Shown here: in pieces, positions 23,981 to 33,570 of the stretch
Layout: every line of letters starts with the position of its first letter
Numbering within the stretch: the first letter of the stretch is position 1
Position numbers and translations under genes: made by a program
The notes under the pieces: model-generated
Database searches by the model: none
The model's input: only the letters and a program-made list of their open reading frames with translations
Told to the model about the DNA's origin: nothing
From: Alphaproteobacteria bacterium
Lineage (GTDB): Bacteria > Pseudomonadota > Alphaproteobacteria > UBA2966
DNA: 64,000 nucleotides
NCBI GenBank assembly: GCA_964291395.2
Contig: OZ219858.1
Location: 928,001 to 992,000 of the forward strand
Direction: 5' to 3'

Positions 23981-25390
23981 ATGAAGGTACTCCTGGTCTC
24001 CACTTATGATCTGGGTCATCAGCCGTTTGGGCTGGCGTCACCTGCTGCCTGGCTCAAGCAGGCGGGTGCCGACGTCAGGTGTCTCGATCTCGCGGTCGAG
24101 GAATTCGACGGAGATGCCGTCGTCGACGCACGAATGGTGGCGGTCCACGTACCCATGCACACGGCGACGCGCTTGGCGGAAATGATCATCCGCCGGATTC
24201 GCGAATTGAATCCGGCCGCCCACATATGCTGTTTCGGGCTGTACGCGCCGGCCAACGCGGATTGGCTGCGAAAGCTTGGCGCCAACTCCATCGTGGGTGG
24301 AGAATTCGAAGGCCCTCTCACCGGGCTTTATCGCCGTCTCGACGGCGGCGAAGTTGGTTCGCACGAAGCGGTCCATATCTCCTTCGACAAACAGGTATTC
24401 CTGCGGCCGGACCGCCGCGGTCTGCCCCCCCTTGACCGATACGTACGACTGATTCGGTCGGATGACCGCCGAGGCGTCGTCGGCTACACGGAGGCGAGTC
24501 GCGGGTGCAAACATCGCTGCCGGCATTGTCCTGTCGTGCCCGTATATGACGGCCGGTTCCGTATCGTCCAGAGACGGGTTGTCATGGCCGACATTCGACA
24601 TCTCGTGGCGCAAGGTGCCGAGCACATCACCTTTGGCGATCCTGATTTTTTCAACGGTCCGGGACATGCTGTCGCAACCGTCCGGGCGCTGCATGCCGAA
24701 TTTCCCGAACTCACGTACGACGTCACCATCAAGATCGAGCATCTTTTGGCTCATGCGGGTCGCCTCCCCGTTCTGAAAGAGACGGGATGCCTCTTCGTGA
24801 CGACGGCTGTCGAATCGGTCGAAGATCGGATCCTGGCCCTGTTGGACAAAGGTCATGCGCGGGCCGATTTCGTCCAAGCTGCTTCACTATGCCGGCAGTA
24901 CGGGATCGATCTCGCCCCCACGTTCATTCCGTTTACCCCCTGGACCACGATTCGCGGCTATGTCGATCTGCTTGCCACGGTCGACCAGCTCGAACTTGTC
25001 GATTCCCTGTCCCCAATACAACTTGCCATTCGCCTCCTCGTGCCGCGCGGGTCGCGTTTGCGCGATCTCGAGGAGTGGCAGGAGCACGAAGGACCGTTTG
25101 ATGAGGCGGCGTTGAGTTACGGTTGGGTGCACCCGGACCCGTCGGTCGAGGGCCTGTACGCCACCGTTCGTGACATCGTGGCGAACAGTGAAGAAGCTGG
25201 CATCGGGCGACGAGCGGTTTTCTCCGCTATCTGGCAGGCTGCTCACGATGCGCTCGGACGCCGTGCCCCACCCTTGACCGCCCCGCACCACCGTCCGCGG
25301 CCGCCCCATATGAGCGAGGCATGGTATTGCTGTGCGGAACCGACCGACCGTCAACTTGCGCGCCTCGATGGCGATTCAGGCCTGACTTGA
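23981..25390 (+). CDS. Radical SAM protein with B12-binding-like N-domain and CCAEP tail
   Basis: EASRGCKHRCRHCP (CxxxCxxC), HITFGDPDF, C-terminal SEAWYCCAEPT. Confidence 0.9.
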   Translation: MKVLLVSTYDLGHQPFGLASPAAWLKQAGADVRCLDLAVEEFDGDAVVDARMVAVHVPMHTATRLAEMIIRRIRELNPAAHICCFGLYAPANADWLRKLGANSIVGGEFEGPLTGLYRRLDGGEVGSHEAVHISFDKQVFLRPDRRGLPPLDRYVRLIRSDDRRGVVGYTEASRGCKHRCRHCPVVPVYDGRFRIVQRRVVMADIRHLVAQGAEHITFGDPDFFNGPGHAVATVRALHAEFPELTYDVTIKIEHLLAHAGRLPVLKETGCLFVTTAVESVEDRILALLDKGHARADFVQAASLCRQYGIDLAPTFIPFTPWTTIRGYVDLLATVDQLELVDSLSPIQLAIRLLVPRGSRLRDLEEWQEHEGPFDEAALSYGWVHPDPSVEGLYATVRDIVANSEEAGIGRRAVFSAIWQAAHDALGRRAPPLTAPHHRPRPPHMSEAWYCCAEPTDRQLARLDGDSGLT

Positions 25391-25461
25391 ACCGACATGA
25401 GCGCTGACATCGCGGTCGCCGGACCTGCCGAAGTGTCCTAGAGACGGCCGGCAAGATCACA

Positions 25462-26718
25462 ATGCCACGTGTCCTTCTGCTGATACCGACGACCTCGTAT
25501 CAGACGGCAGATTTCCTCGCGGCCGCCGATCAGCTCGATGTCGATGTCGTGGTGGGATCCGACGAACCCTCCGTGCTGGCGCAGGCCGCCGGAACGTCGC
25601 TGACCGTCGATTTTCGCCACCCCGATCGGGGCAGTGCGCAGATCCGGGAATTCGCTTGTCACACCCCGATCGATGCCATCGTTCCCGTCGACGAGGTAAC
25701 AACCGCGGTCGCCGCGTCGGCCGCCGACGCACTCAACTTGCGTCACAATTCACCCGAGTCGGTCTTGAAGGCCGGCAATAAATTGCGGTTGCGTGAGTGC
25801 CTTCGTGACGCGCACGTGCCGACACCGGAATTCATGCCATTGAACATCGATGCGGATGTGTCGGACGTCGCCCGCGCCGTTTCCTACCCGTGTGTGCTCA
25901 AGCCCCTCACGCTCTCCGCCAGTCGGGGCGTCATACGCGCCGATGGACACAATTCGTTCGTCGTCTCCTTCCAACGAATTCGCGACCTGCTTTCCGGTCT
26001 GGATCGCGACGGCGAGGCCGCGCGTACCATCCTTGTCGAGCAATACATCCCGGGAGCAGAAGTGGCTCTGGAAGGCCTGGTAGCGGATGGGGCACTTCGA
26101 GTCCTCGCGCTCTTCGACAAGCCCGATCCCCTGGAAGGGCCTTTCTTTCCGGAAACGATCTACGTAACTCCGTCGCGCCTCACCACGGACGAGCAAGCGA
26201 GGATCGCCGAAACGACTCAGGGCGCCATATCCGCCATGGGACTCCGGGACGGACCGGTTCACGCGGAACTGCGCCTCGGCGAGACCGGGCCCGTCATCAT
26301 CGAAGTCGCCGCTCGATCGATCGGAGGACTCTGCTCCCGGGTCCTGAGGTTCGGTGCCGGCGTGTCACTGGAGGAATTGATCCTGCGTCATGCCCTGCGC
26401 CTTCCGATAGAATCGCTCGAGCGCGAGGCCCGGCCCGCCGGTGTCATGATGCTGCCGGTTCCGGGGGAGCGGCCCGGCCGATTGCACCGCGTCGACGGCA
26501 TCGACGCGGCGCGGCTGGTGCCGGGCATCGTGGAGGTCACGCTGAGCATTCCCATCGGTGAACGAGTCGTCCCGCTACCGGAGGGAAATCGATACCTCGG
26601 CTTCATCTTCGCCCGTGGCGACACACCCGGTGCGGTGGAGCGAGCTCTCAAACGGGCATTCGCCCGAATAGAGTTCGCCGTCTCGGAAGATCAAGCCTGC
26701 GGAGGGTCTACGGCTTAA
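25462..26718 (+). CDS. ATP-grasp domain protein (amino-acid-ligase-like)
   Basis: YPCVLKP..LSASRGV, LVEQYIPGAE, HAELR..IIEVAARSIGG, YLGFIFARG. Confidence 0.88.
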   Translation: MPRVLLLIPTTSYQTADFLAAADQLDVDVVVGSDEPSVLAQAAGTSLTVDFRHPDRGSAQIREFACHTPIDAIVPVDEVTTAVAASAADALNLRHNSPESVLKAGNKLRLRECLRDAHVPTPEFMPLNIDADVSDVARAVSYPCVLKPLTLSASRGVIRADGHNSFVVSFQRIRDLLSGLDRDGEAARTILVEQYIPGAEVALEGLVADGALRVLALFDKPDPLEGPFFPETIYVTPSRLTTDEQARIAETTQGAISAMGLRDGPVHAELRLGETGPVIIEVAARSIGGLCSRVLRFGAGVSLEELILRHALRLPIESLEREARPAGVMMLPVPGERPGRLHRVDGIDAARLVPGIVEVTLSIPIGERVVPLPEGNRYLGFIFARGDTPGAVERALKRAFARIEFAVSEDQACGGSTA

Positions 26719-26763
26719 GGCGGGGCGGCATTCCGCTCCGTTTCAGGTGGGAACGAACCATGG

Positions 26764-27648
26764 TTACGCGGCGGCTTTTCGCCGGACGATTGCGTCGTAA
26801 TCTTCCATCAGTTGCTTCGTGATTTCACCGACCGTGTATTCATGGTCGTCGATCTCGCCGACGGGCGTGACTTCCGCGGCCGTTCCCGTCACGAAGACTT
26901 CGATCGCCTTGTCGAGTTCATCGGGCATGATGGCGCGCTCGATAACCTCGATCCCGCGCCGGCCCGCGAGATCCATGACGGTCTGGCGCGTGATGCCGGA
27001 CAGAAAGCAATCGGCGGTCGGCGTGTGCAGAGCGCCGTCGAAGTTGAGGAAGATGTTCGCCCCGGTGGACTCGGAGACCTGTCCCCGCCAGTCCAGCATC
27101 AATGCGTCGTCGTATCCCCCGGCTTCCGCCTCGTGCTTTGCCAACGTGCAGATCATGTAAAGGCCCGCTGCCTTGGCTTGGACCGGCGCACATTCGGGAG
27201 ACGGACGCCGCCATTTTGTGGTCTGCAGTCGGATTCCCTTCATGCGCGCCTCGGGCGAGAAATAAGCCGGCCACGGCCAAGCCGCGATGGCCACGTGAAT
27301 CTTGTTGTTCCGCGCCGACACGCCCATCATCTCGGCACCACGCCAGGCGACGGGACGAACATATCCGTCTTGAATGCGATTGGCGGTCAACACGTCGCGG
27401 CACGCCTGATCGATTTCCTCCAAGGTGTAGGGAATCTGAAAGCCCATCACCGCGGCGGAATAAAACAGCCGTTCCGTATGCTCGCGGAGCTTGAAGATCT
27501 CTCCTTCGTAGGAACGCTCGCCTTCGAATACCGTGGAAGCGTAGTGCAGCCCGTGGTTCAGCACGTGCAGCGTGGCGTCCCGCCAGGGCATCATTTCACC
27601 ATTGTACCAGATGATGCCGTCGCGATCGTCGAACGGAGGCGAAGACAT
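26764..27648 (-). CDS. ilvE: Branched-chain amino acid aminotransferase
   Basis: HGLHYA..FEG, AKAAGLY, ESTGANIF, LSGITR, GTAAEVTP. Confidence 0.93.
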   Translation of the reverse strand: MSSPPFDDRDGIIWYNGEMMPWRDATLHVLNHGLHYASTVFEGERSYEGEIFKLREHTERLFYSAAVMGFQIPYTLEEIDQACRDVLTANRIQDGYVRPVAWRGAEMMGVSARNNKIHVAIAAWPWPAYFSPEARMKGIRLQTTKWRRPSPECAPVQAKAAGLYMICTLAKHEAEAGGYDDALMLDWRGQVSESTGANIFLNFDGALHTPTADCFLSGITRQTVMDLAGRRGIEVIERAIMPDELDKAIEVFVTGTAAEVTPVGEIDDHEYTVGEITKQLMEDYDAIVRRKAAA

Positions 27649-27709
27649 ATGGCGGTCCTCGTTGCAAGGGGTGATCGGGTTAGAAAATGTCCGATCAGGT
27701 CAGTATTCC

Positions 27710-27783
27710 GCAACAATGGAACAACACATTAATTGTTGCGCTAGGTAGCACCAGAGGCAATATATGTCAACGTGACTGACGTA
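27710..27783. promoter_or_regulatory. Two inverted repeats in the divergent ilvE/MarR promoter region
   Basis: GCAACAAT-N14-ATTGTTGC (27710-27739); TATGTCA-N7-TGACGTA (27763-27783) overlapping the MarR start codon. Confidence 0.5.
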
Positions 27784-28266
27784 AAGACCGGCCCCAATCC
27801 TCTTTTCCTGCGTGACGAGGAGCTCATCCAGGGAATCGAACTCCTGTTCTACGCCTATCGCGATTTCACCGGGGATCCCGACGCCGTTCTCGCCGAGTAC
27901 GGTTTCGGGCGGGCGCATCACAGGGTGGTCCATTTCGTGGCACGTAATCCGGGGATGTCTGTTGCCGAACTCCTGGAGATTCTGCGCATTACCAAGCAAT
28001 CGCTGTCGCGGGTCCTCAGTCAATTGGTCGAGCGCGGGTTTATCGTGCAACAGAAGGGAACGCGCGACCGGCGGCAACGGCTGCTCTATCTCACCGAAAC
28101 GGGAAGAGATCTGGCGGAGCGCCTCGCAGAACCCCAGAAACGTCGGGTAGCGCGAGCATACCGTGAAGCGGGTGCCGATGCCGTCGAAGGTTATCGGAAG
28201 GTTTTGGCCGGCCTGATCGGTGACGGTAGCCGCGAGACCGTACTTCGCTCGTTCCGACGCCGTTGA
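27772..28266 (+). CDS. MarR-family regulator (PetP-like)
   Basis: ELLFYAYRDFT..PD, GRAHHR, ITKQSLSRVL, DRRQRLL; ilvE-MarR-OmpR-kinase context. Confidence 0.9.
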   Translation: MTDVKTGPNPLFLRDEELIQGIELLFYAYRDFTGDPDAVLAEYGFGRAHHRVVHFVARNPGMSVAELLEILRITKQSLSRVLSQLVERGFIVQQKGTRDRRQRLLYLTETGRDLAERLAEPQKRRVARAYREAGADAVEGYRKVLAGLIGDGSRETVLRSFRRR

Positions 28267-28285
28267 TGACTCCACGGCGGGCTCG

Positions 28286-28966
28286 GTGCCTGAGTTTTCA
28301 CCCCATATTCTGGTCGTCGATGACGATACCAGACTGCGTGGGTTACTCCGGGACTATCTCAGCGCCAACGGGTTCAACGTCACCACGGCGGAGCATGCCG
28401 GCGAAGCCAGGCGAAAGTTGGCCGGCCTCGAATTCGATCTTGTCGTTCTGGATGTGATGATGCCCGGTGAGTCCGGGCTCGATCTCACCGAGCATCTGCG
28501 GTCGACCTCTCAAGTTCCCGTTCTCATGTTGACGGCCCGTGGAGAAGCCGGAGATCGGATTGCCGGTCTGGAACGCGGTGCCGACGATTATCTGCCCAAG
28601 CCATTCGAGCCTCGCGAACTCATCCTGCGCATCGAGAGCATCTTGCGTCGCAGCGGGTCGGGCCGCGTGGAGCTCGATTCACTCTCCATCAACGGTCACG
28701 CCTTCAACGGCGACCGCGGGGAACTGCGTTCCGACGACCACGTCATCCGCCTGACGACGAGCGAGGCGGCACTGCTCACGATCTTTGCGGCGAACGTCGG
28801 AACAATCCTGTCGAGATCCGACTTGGCACGGCGGGTCGGCGTGAACAGCGAGCGCGCCGTCGACGTGCAAATTGCCCGACTGCGGCGTAAGATCGAGCCC
28901 GACCCCCGGAATCCGCGGCATCTGCGGACCGTGTGGGGGAAAGGGTACGTTCTTTGGCCTGACTGA
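28286..28966 (+). CDS. OmpR-family response regulator (PetR/OmpR-like)
   Basis: HILVVDDD, LDVMMPG, GADDYLPKPF, RAVDVQIARLRRKIE..TVWGKGY; start uncertain (28220 or 28286). Confidence 0.92.
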   Translation: MPEFSPHILVVDDDTRLRGLLRDYLSANGFNVTTAEHAGEARRKLAGLEFDLVVLDVMMPGESGLDLTEHLRSTSQVPVLMLTARGEAGDRIAGLERGADDYLPKPFEPRELILRIESILRRSGSGRVELDSLSINGHAFNGDRGELRSDDHVIRLTTSEAALLTIFAANVGTILSRSDLARRVGVNSERAVDVQIARLRRKIEPDPRNPRHLRTVWGKGYVLWPD

Positions 28967-29009
28967 CATGACGTGATCGGGCGTAGCCATGCCGGGAACG
29001 CGCTGAGCC

Positions 29010-30371
29010 ATGACTCAGCTGGTCAAGAGATACTTACCGGGCGCCCTCTTCGGCCGCGCCCTGCTGATCATCGTGACGCCCGTCGTGGCGCTGCAACTCG
29101 TCGCCACCCTTATCTTTTACGAACGTCACTGGGATACCGTCACACGGCGCCTGGCGCTCGGGCTCGCTGGCGATACGGCCCTCATCATCGAGATGATGCG
29201 CAGCGCGGCGGCGCCCGAAGAGTTCGCGCCGATATTCGACTCGGCGGCGCGCTACATGTCGCTTCGGTTGACATATCTGCCGGGCGAGATCCTTCCCAGC
29301 CAACAGCCAAAGGTTAGCGTGACCAACCGCATCGTCGACCGGATGCTGAACAGGGCGTTCGCCGCGCATCTCTATCGTCCGTTTCGGATCGACACGACCA
29401 GTTTCAGGGACGACATCGAAATCCTGATACAGCTGCCGGACGGCGTGCTCAGGGTTCTCACGACGCGCAAGCGCGTCACGAGTTCGACTACCTACATCTT
29501 CATCATGTGGATGGTCGGCACGTCCCTGATCCTGTTGGCCGTCGCCATTCTTTTCCTGCGCAATCAAATTCGTCCGATCCGACGTTTGGCCGAAGCGGCG
29601 GAGGAATTTGGTAAGGGTCGAGATGTCCGCGATTTTCATCCGTCGGGCGCTACGGAAGTGCGCCAGGCGGCCACTGCCTTCATCAGTATGCGTGACCGCA
29701 TTCGGCGTCAGATCGCGCAGAGAACCGAGATGTTGGCAGGCGTCAGCCACGACCTCAGAACACCGCTGACGCGCATGAAGCTTCAGCTCGCCATGTTGAA
29801 CGAAGGCGACGACGTCGAACGCTTGAAGGCGGACGTGGCGGATATGGAGCGCATGGTTGAAGGCTATCTGGCCTTCGTGCGCGGGCAGGATGCGGAAGCC
29901 GTTGCGGATACCGACATCGCCGACCTGCTCAGATCCGTGGCGGTCGACGCGGGGCGCCAGGGTGTCGTGGTCAAGGTTTCGCTACCCGAGCAGGCGACCG
30001 GCGGCGACGAGGACGTCAAACCCGTGAACGGCTGTGTCATTCCGCTACGTCCCAATGCCATCCGGCGCTGTATGACCAACCTTGTCGACAACGCGGCCCG
30101 TTACGGGCGACGCGTAGAGATCTCAATGGACTTGCGGGAAGACCAGGTCGAGATCTCCGTTGACGATGACGGCCCTGGTATCCCGCCGGATCGGCGCGAG
30201 GAGGTCTTTCGCCCCTTCCAGAGGCTTGAGGAATCCCGCAATCCGGAGACCGGCGGCATGGGACTCGGGCTGGCCATCGCTCGGGATGTCGCCCACAACC
30301 ATGGTGGCGATATCGAATTGTCGACGTCCCCGATGGGAGGGTTGCGGGCCTCCGTCCGATTGCCTGTCTAA
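29010..30371 (+). CDS. EnvZ-like sensor histidine kinase
   Basis: 2 TM, HAMP, GVSHDLRTPLTR, NLVDNA, DDGPGI, GLGLAI. Confidence 0.93.
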   Translation: MTQLVKRYLPGALFGRALLIIVTPVVALQLVATLIFYERHWDTVTRRLALGLAGDTALIIEMMRSAAAPEEFAPIFDSAARYMSLRLTYLPGEILPSQQPKVSVTNRIVDRMLNRAFAAHLYRPFRIDTTSFRDDIEILIQLPDGVLRVLTTRKRVTSSTTYIFIMWMVGTSLILLAVAILFLRNQIRPIRRLAEAAEEFGKGRDVRDFHPSGATEVRQAATAFISMRDRIRRQIAQRTEMLAGVSHDLRTPLTRMKLQLAMLNEGDDVERLKADVADMERMVEGYLAFVRGQDAEAVADTDIADLLRSVAVDAGRQGVVVKVSLPEQATGGDEDVKPVNGCVIPLRPNAIRRCMTNLVDNAARYGRRVEISMDLREDQVEISVDDDGPGIPPDRREEVFRPFQRLEESRNPETGGMGLGLAIARDVAHNHGGDIELSTSPMGGLRASVRLPV

Positions 30372-30373
30372 CC

Positions 30374-30396
30374 CGGTTCCGGTTCGACCGGAACCG
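30374..30396. terminator. Hairpin between the convergent kinase and csaA genes
   Basis: CGGTTCCGGT-TCG-ACCGGAACCG perfect 10-bp stem; no U tract. Confidence 0.5.
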
Positions 30397-30459
30397 CTCC
30401 GGCATCCCTTGTCGCTCATGGCGGCGGACCTCCGATTCCCGCCACGGAACAGATTCCAT

Positions 30460-30798
30460 TCAGTAGAGTCGGCCGCCGTTCGGCACGGTCTTGTCCGGTA
30501 CGATCAGGGTCACCTCGCCGTTCTCGTCGGGGAAGCCGAGAACGAGGACTTCGGACATGAACGGCCCGATTTGCCGCGGCGGGAAATTGACGACCGCCGC
30601 AACTTGGCGGCCCGTCAGCGCTTCCTTGTCGTAATTCGCCGTCAGCTGCGCGGATGATTTCCGTTCGCCGACCTCCGGCCCGAAATCAATGCGCAGCCTG
30701 TATGCCGGTTTTCGAGCCTCGGGAAAGTCCTCGACCGTGATGATGGTACCTGCCCGCACGTCGACGCGCAGGAAATCGTCGAAAGCAATCTCGCTCAT
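30460..30798 (-). CDS. csaA: tRNA-binding protein / export chaperone CsaA
   Basis: FPEARKPAY, KSSAQLT, VVNFPPRQIGPFMSEVLVLG. Confidence 0.9.
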   Translation of the reverse strand: MSEIAFDDFLRVDVRAGTIITVEDFPEARKPAYRLRIDFGPEVGERKSSAQLTANYDKEALTGRQVAAVVNFPPRQIGPFMSEVLVLGFPDENGEVTLIVPDKTVPNGGRLY

Positions 30799-30803
30799 CC
30801 GAC

Positions 30804-31439
30804 TTACGAGGACGCCTCGGCGGCCGGCCCATTCGCACTTCCCGGTCCCGCGATCCCGCAGAGTTTGGCCATAACGCCGTCTGCTCTCGTCAGCTGACGA
30901 TCGACAAACGTCATCGTTTTGGCCATGTCGTCGCTCTCGTCCGACTGCCAGACCCGAATGGCCCCCAGCATGATTAGGCCGAGGCCCTCGATACGAAGCA
31001 ACCCGGAAAGACCGCCGTGGTCGATCCTGGCCGCCTCCAGCATCCAGGCCAGGGAACGCGCGTAGATCGGCCAGGCCCCGACCCAGACGAGCGGTCGGCA
31101 CCGTATGTCCCTGAAGATGGCGACGACGCCCTCCTTGTACGGGTTGAGCAGATCGAACCGCCTCATGATCACGTCGAAGAGGCGATCGCGCGCCGGTTCG
31201 GCAGCCAACGTGGGATCGTCTCCCGCGATCATCTGCTCGTCTATCTTGCGCAAGAATGCCGACACGACATGCAGTTTCGACGGAGCGACCTCATGGACCT
31301 CTCTGAGAGACAGGCCCGCCGCATCAGCGATATCGGACATGCGGGTGTCCCGCCAGCCCTGCTGCGCAGCGAGCTTCAGCGTTGCCTGGATGACCCGGTC
31401 GAGTGGATCAGCGCGTTTTGCGCGCGCCCGTTTTGCCAT
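30804..31439 (-). CDS. TetR-like HTH protein
   Basis: ATLKLAAQQGW..MSDIADAAGLS, RDRLFDVIMRRFD, DMAKTM. Confidence 0.75.
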   Translation of the reverse strand: MAKRARAKRADPLDRVIQATLKLAAQQGWRDTRMSDIADAAGLSLREVHEVAPSKLHVVSAFLRKIDEQMIAGDDPTLAAEPARDRLFDVIMRRFDLLNPYKEGVVAIFRDIRCRPLVWVGAWPIYARSLAWMLEAARIDHGGLSGLLRIEGLGLIMLGAIRVWQSDESDDMAKTMTFVDRQLTRADGVMAKLCGIAGPGSANGPAAEASS

Positions 31440-31532
31440 GTCTCGCCCTCCTCCAAGCCGGCGGCCGACTGATAATGGCACAAGATCCGTCACGTCGCGA
31501 CGCGCCGGTTTCGTACGGGCGCCGCAGGAACG

Positions 31533-32345
31533 TCAGCCGGCGAGTTCCCGTGATCGGCGTGTCGCCTCCGCCACTGCCCGAGTCAACAACTGCCCCATCC
31601 CGTCATCTGCCATCAGCACTTCGAGAGCCGCTGCGGTCGTCCCGCCGGGACTGGTGACGTTCCGCCGTAACTCGGAGGGCGTCTCCCCTGATTGACGTGC
31701 AAGTTCGCCCGCACCCGCTACCGTCGCCCGGGCGAGTTGCATGGCGAGACCCGAAGGCAGTCCGGCCTCCGTGCCTGCCTCGGCCAAATACTCGATGAGC
31801 AGAAATACATAGGCCGGCCCACTCCCGGATGTCGCCGTCACGGCATCGAGGAGGCCCTCGTCTTCCACCCACGCGACCTCTCCCACCGCCGCCAGCAGTT
31901 CGTCGCAGGTCGCCCGACCATCGCCGGTGACATGCCTGTTGGCACAGGCAACGCTGATACCGCGGCCGACGGCGGCCGGCGTGTTTGGCATTGCACGGAC
32001 GACGGCGGCGTCCTTGCCCAGCCGGTCCTCGAAATAGGCGATGGGTCTTCCCGCGGCAATCGACAGGAACACGGTGTCGGGGCCGACGAATTCCGCGTAG
32101 GCAGGCACCACGTCATCGGTAATCTGGGGCTTGACCGCGAAGACGACGACTGCCGGCGCGACATCGCGCGGCAATGTTTCCACGGCTTCACTGCAGGAAA
32201 TGCCGAGATCGTGTGCCAGAGAGCGGGATTCTTCCGCCGGATCAACGATATAAACGTGGCCTGCATCGACGTCGCACCCCAACCACCCGCGCAGCAGGGC
32301 GCCACCCATCTTTCCGCAGCCGACAAGGAGGATGGTCTTGTTCAT
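31533..32345 (-). CDS. proC: Pyrroline-5-carboxylate reductase
   Basis: GCGKMG, AVKPQ, RAMPNTP, SGSGPAY, VTSPGGTT. Confidence 0.97.
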   Translation of the reverse strand: MNKTILLVGCGKMGGALLRGWLGCDVDAGHVYIVDPAEESRSLAHDLGISCSEAVETLPRDVAPAVVVFAVKPQITDDVVPAYAEFVGPDTVFLSIAAGRPIAYFEDRLGKDAAVVRAMPNTPAAVGRGISVACANRHVTGDGRATCDELLAAVGEVAWVEDEGLLDAVTATSGSGPAYVFLLIEYLAEAGTEAGLPSGLAMQLARATVAGAGELARQSGETPSELRRNVTSPGGTTAAALEVLMADDGMGQLLTRAVAEATRRSRELAG

Positions 32346-32368
32346 GGGCGGAACCCGGTTGAGTCGGT

Positions 32369-32872
32369 CTAGGCCTCGCCGACTGTTTCCAGCATGACCG
32401 AGGCCAGGGCGTCGTCCGCGGTCTTACCGCCCCATAACATGAACATGAAGGCGGGAAAATAGCGTTCGCTCTCGTTCAACGCCACGTCGATCAGGTCTTC
32501 GACTTGCCGGGGCGTGGCCGGGGCGTCGGCCCCGAGCAGAAGCGCGTGCCGGAACATCGCGAATCCGCCTTCGGCCGAATAATCGAAATGGCCCAGCCAC
32601 AGGCGCTCGTTGACCAGGGTGAGTAGCGCACGGGTATCCGGCAAGCGATGGTCGGGGACCCGCAGATCGAATGCGCAGGAAAATTGCATCACGCCTTGGT
32701 CTTCCCGCCACGTGAACCAGAGATGGTAGCGGTTCCAATGTCCCTCGACGTATGCTGCAAGCTCCTCGTCTCCCGAACGATCGGCGGGCCATTCGTTGGC
32801 CACCATGAACTGCTCGACGACATCGAGCGGGTTTGTCGGCGCGAACTCGACTGGGTCAATCAGACTGGTCAT
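32369..32872 (-). CDS. YbjN-domain protein
   Basis: NPLDVVE, VNERLWLGHF, ESERYFPAF, C-terminal ETVGEA; proC context. Confidence 0.8.
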   Translation of the reverse strand: MTSLIDPVEFAPTNPLDVVEQFMVANEWPADRSGDEELAAYVEGHWNRYHLWFTWREDQGVMQFSCAFDLRVPDHRLPDTRALLTLVNERLWLGHFDYSAEGGFAMFRHALLLGADAPATPRQVEDLIDVALNESERYFPAFMFMLWGGKTADDALASVMLETVGEA

Positions 32873-33094
32873 TACCGGAACTCCGCAGCGGATAGGCGGA
32901 AGAGAGGCGGCAATTCGGTCGACATCTCGACCACAGCTCTCAATATGTTGTAGACGATTCCAGCACCATAACAGAATGTAGCCTGCCAAATCGTGGATTC
33001 GGGTGCAAGCGCCGAATCGGGTCGACCGTCGGAAATCTGTGGAAAACGCCCTGTTCGCGCGTCTTTTCGGCCGATGTTCGGAACCTGAAACCGC

Positions 33095-33433
33095 TCAGGT
33101 CGACGTCCTGCGGGCGCTCCCCGTCGTCCGCTTCTTGGCCGCGGCCGTCCCCTTTGCCTTACCGCCGCTCGTGGCCCGACGCTTTGTTGGAGCACTTGAT
33201 TTCTCGAGCGCCTCGAGCCGCTTCTCAAGGGCATCGTTCTCACGGCGCGCCGCGGCGGCCATCGCTTTGACGGCGTCGAACTCCTCACGGGTCACCAAAT
33301 CCATGCTGCTCAATATGCGCTCGAATTGGTCCCGCAGGCGCGCCTCTACCTCGTCTCTCACGCCCTGCAGCGTCCCAATGGCGCTCGCAGCCACGCGGGC
33401 CAAGTCATCAAGAAGCTTGTTGTCAGTCTGCAT
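33095..33433 (-). CDS. UbiK/BMFP-family accessory factor
   Basis: MQTDNKLLDDLA...MDLVTREEFDAVKAMA..AR.EN..L..RL coiled coil. Confidence 0.85.
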   Translation of the reverse strand: MQTDNKLLDDLARVAASAIGTLQGVRDEVEARLRDQFERILSSMDLVTREEFDAVKAMAAAARRENDALEKRLEALEKSSAPTKRRATSGGKAKGTAAAKKRTTGSARRTST

Positions 33434-33570
33434 TTCCAGCGTCTCCGGCGATTTCGTCACTATGGCGCAGGTGGGTGACAGCGGCAAGTTTAGCGCCTTG
33501 CGGCCCGCACGGCTGCTTTCTATAAGGGCAAGAGACTCGAACGGCTGGTCGCGCCAAAAGACTTGGATCG

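Noticed and set aside
25331-25390. Sec codon or relic SECIS in the radical SAM tail
   Set aside because: The codon is TGT (Cys) and I could not fold a convincing hairpin downstream.
25397-25441. 14-codon ORF (MSADIAVAGPAEVS) between the radical SAM and ATP-grasp genes as a RiPP precursor
   Set aside because: Very short, no clear RBS, no leader/core structure; expected by chance.
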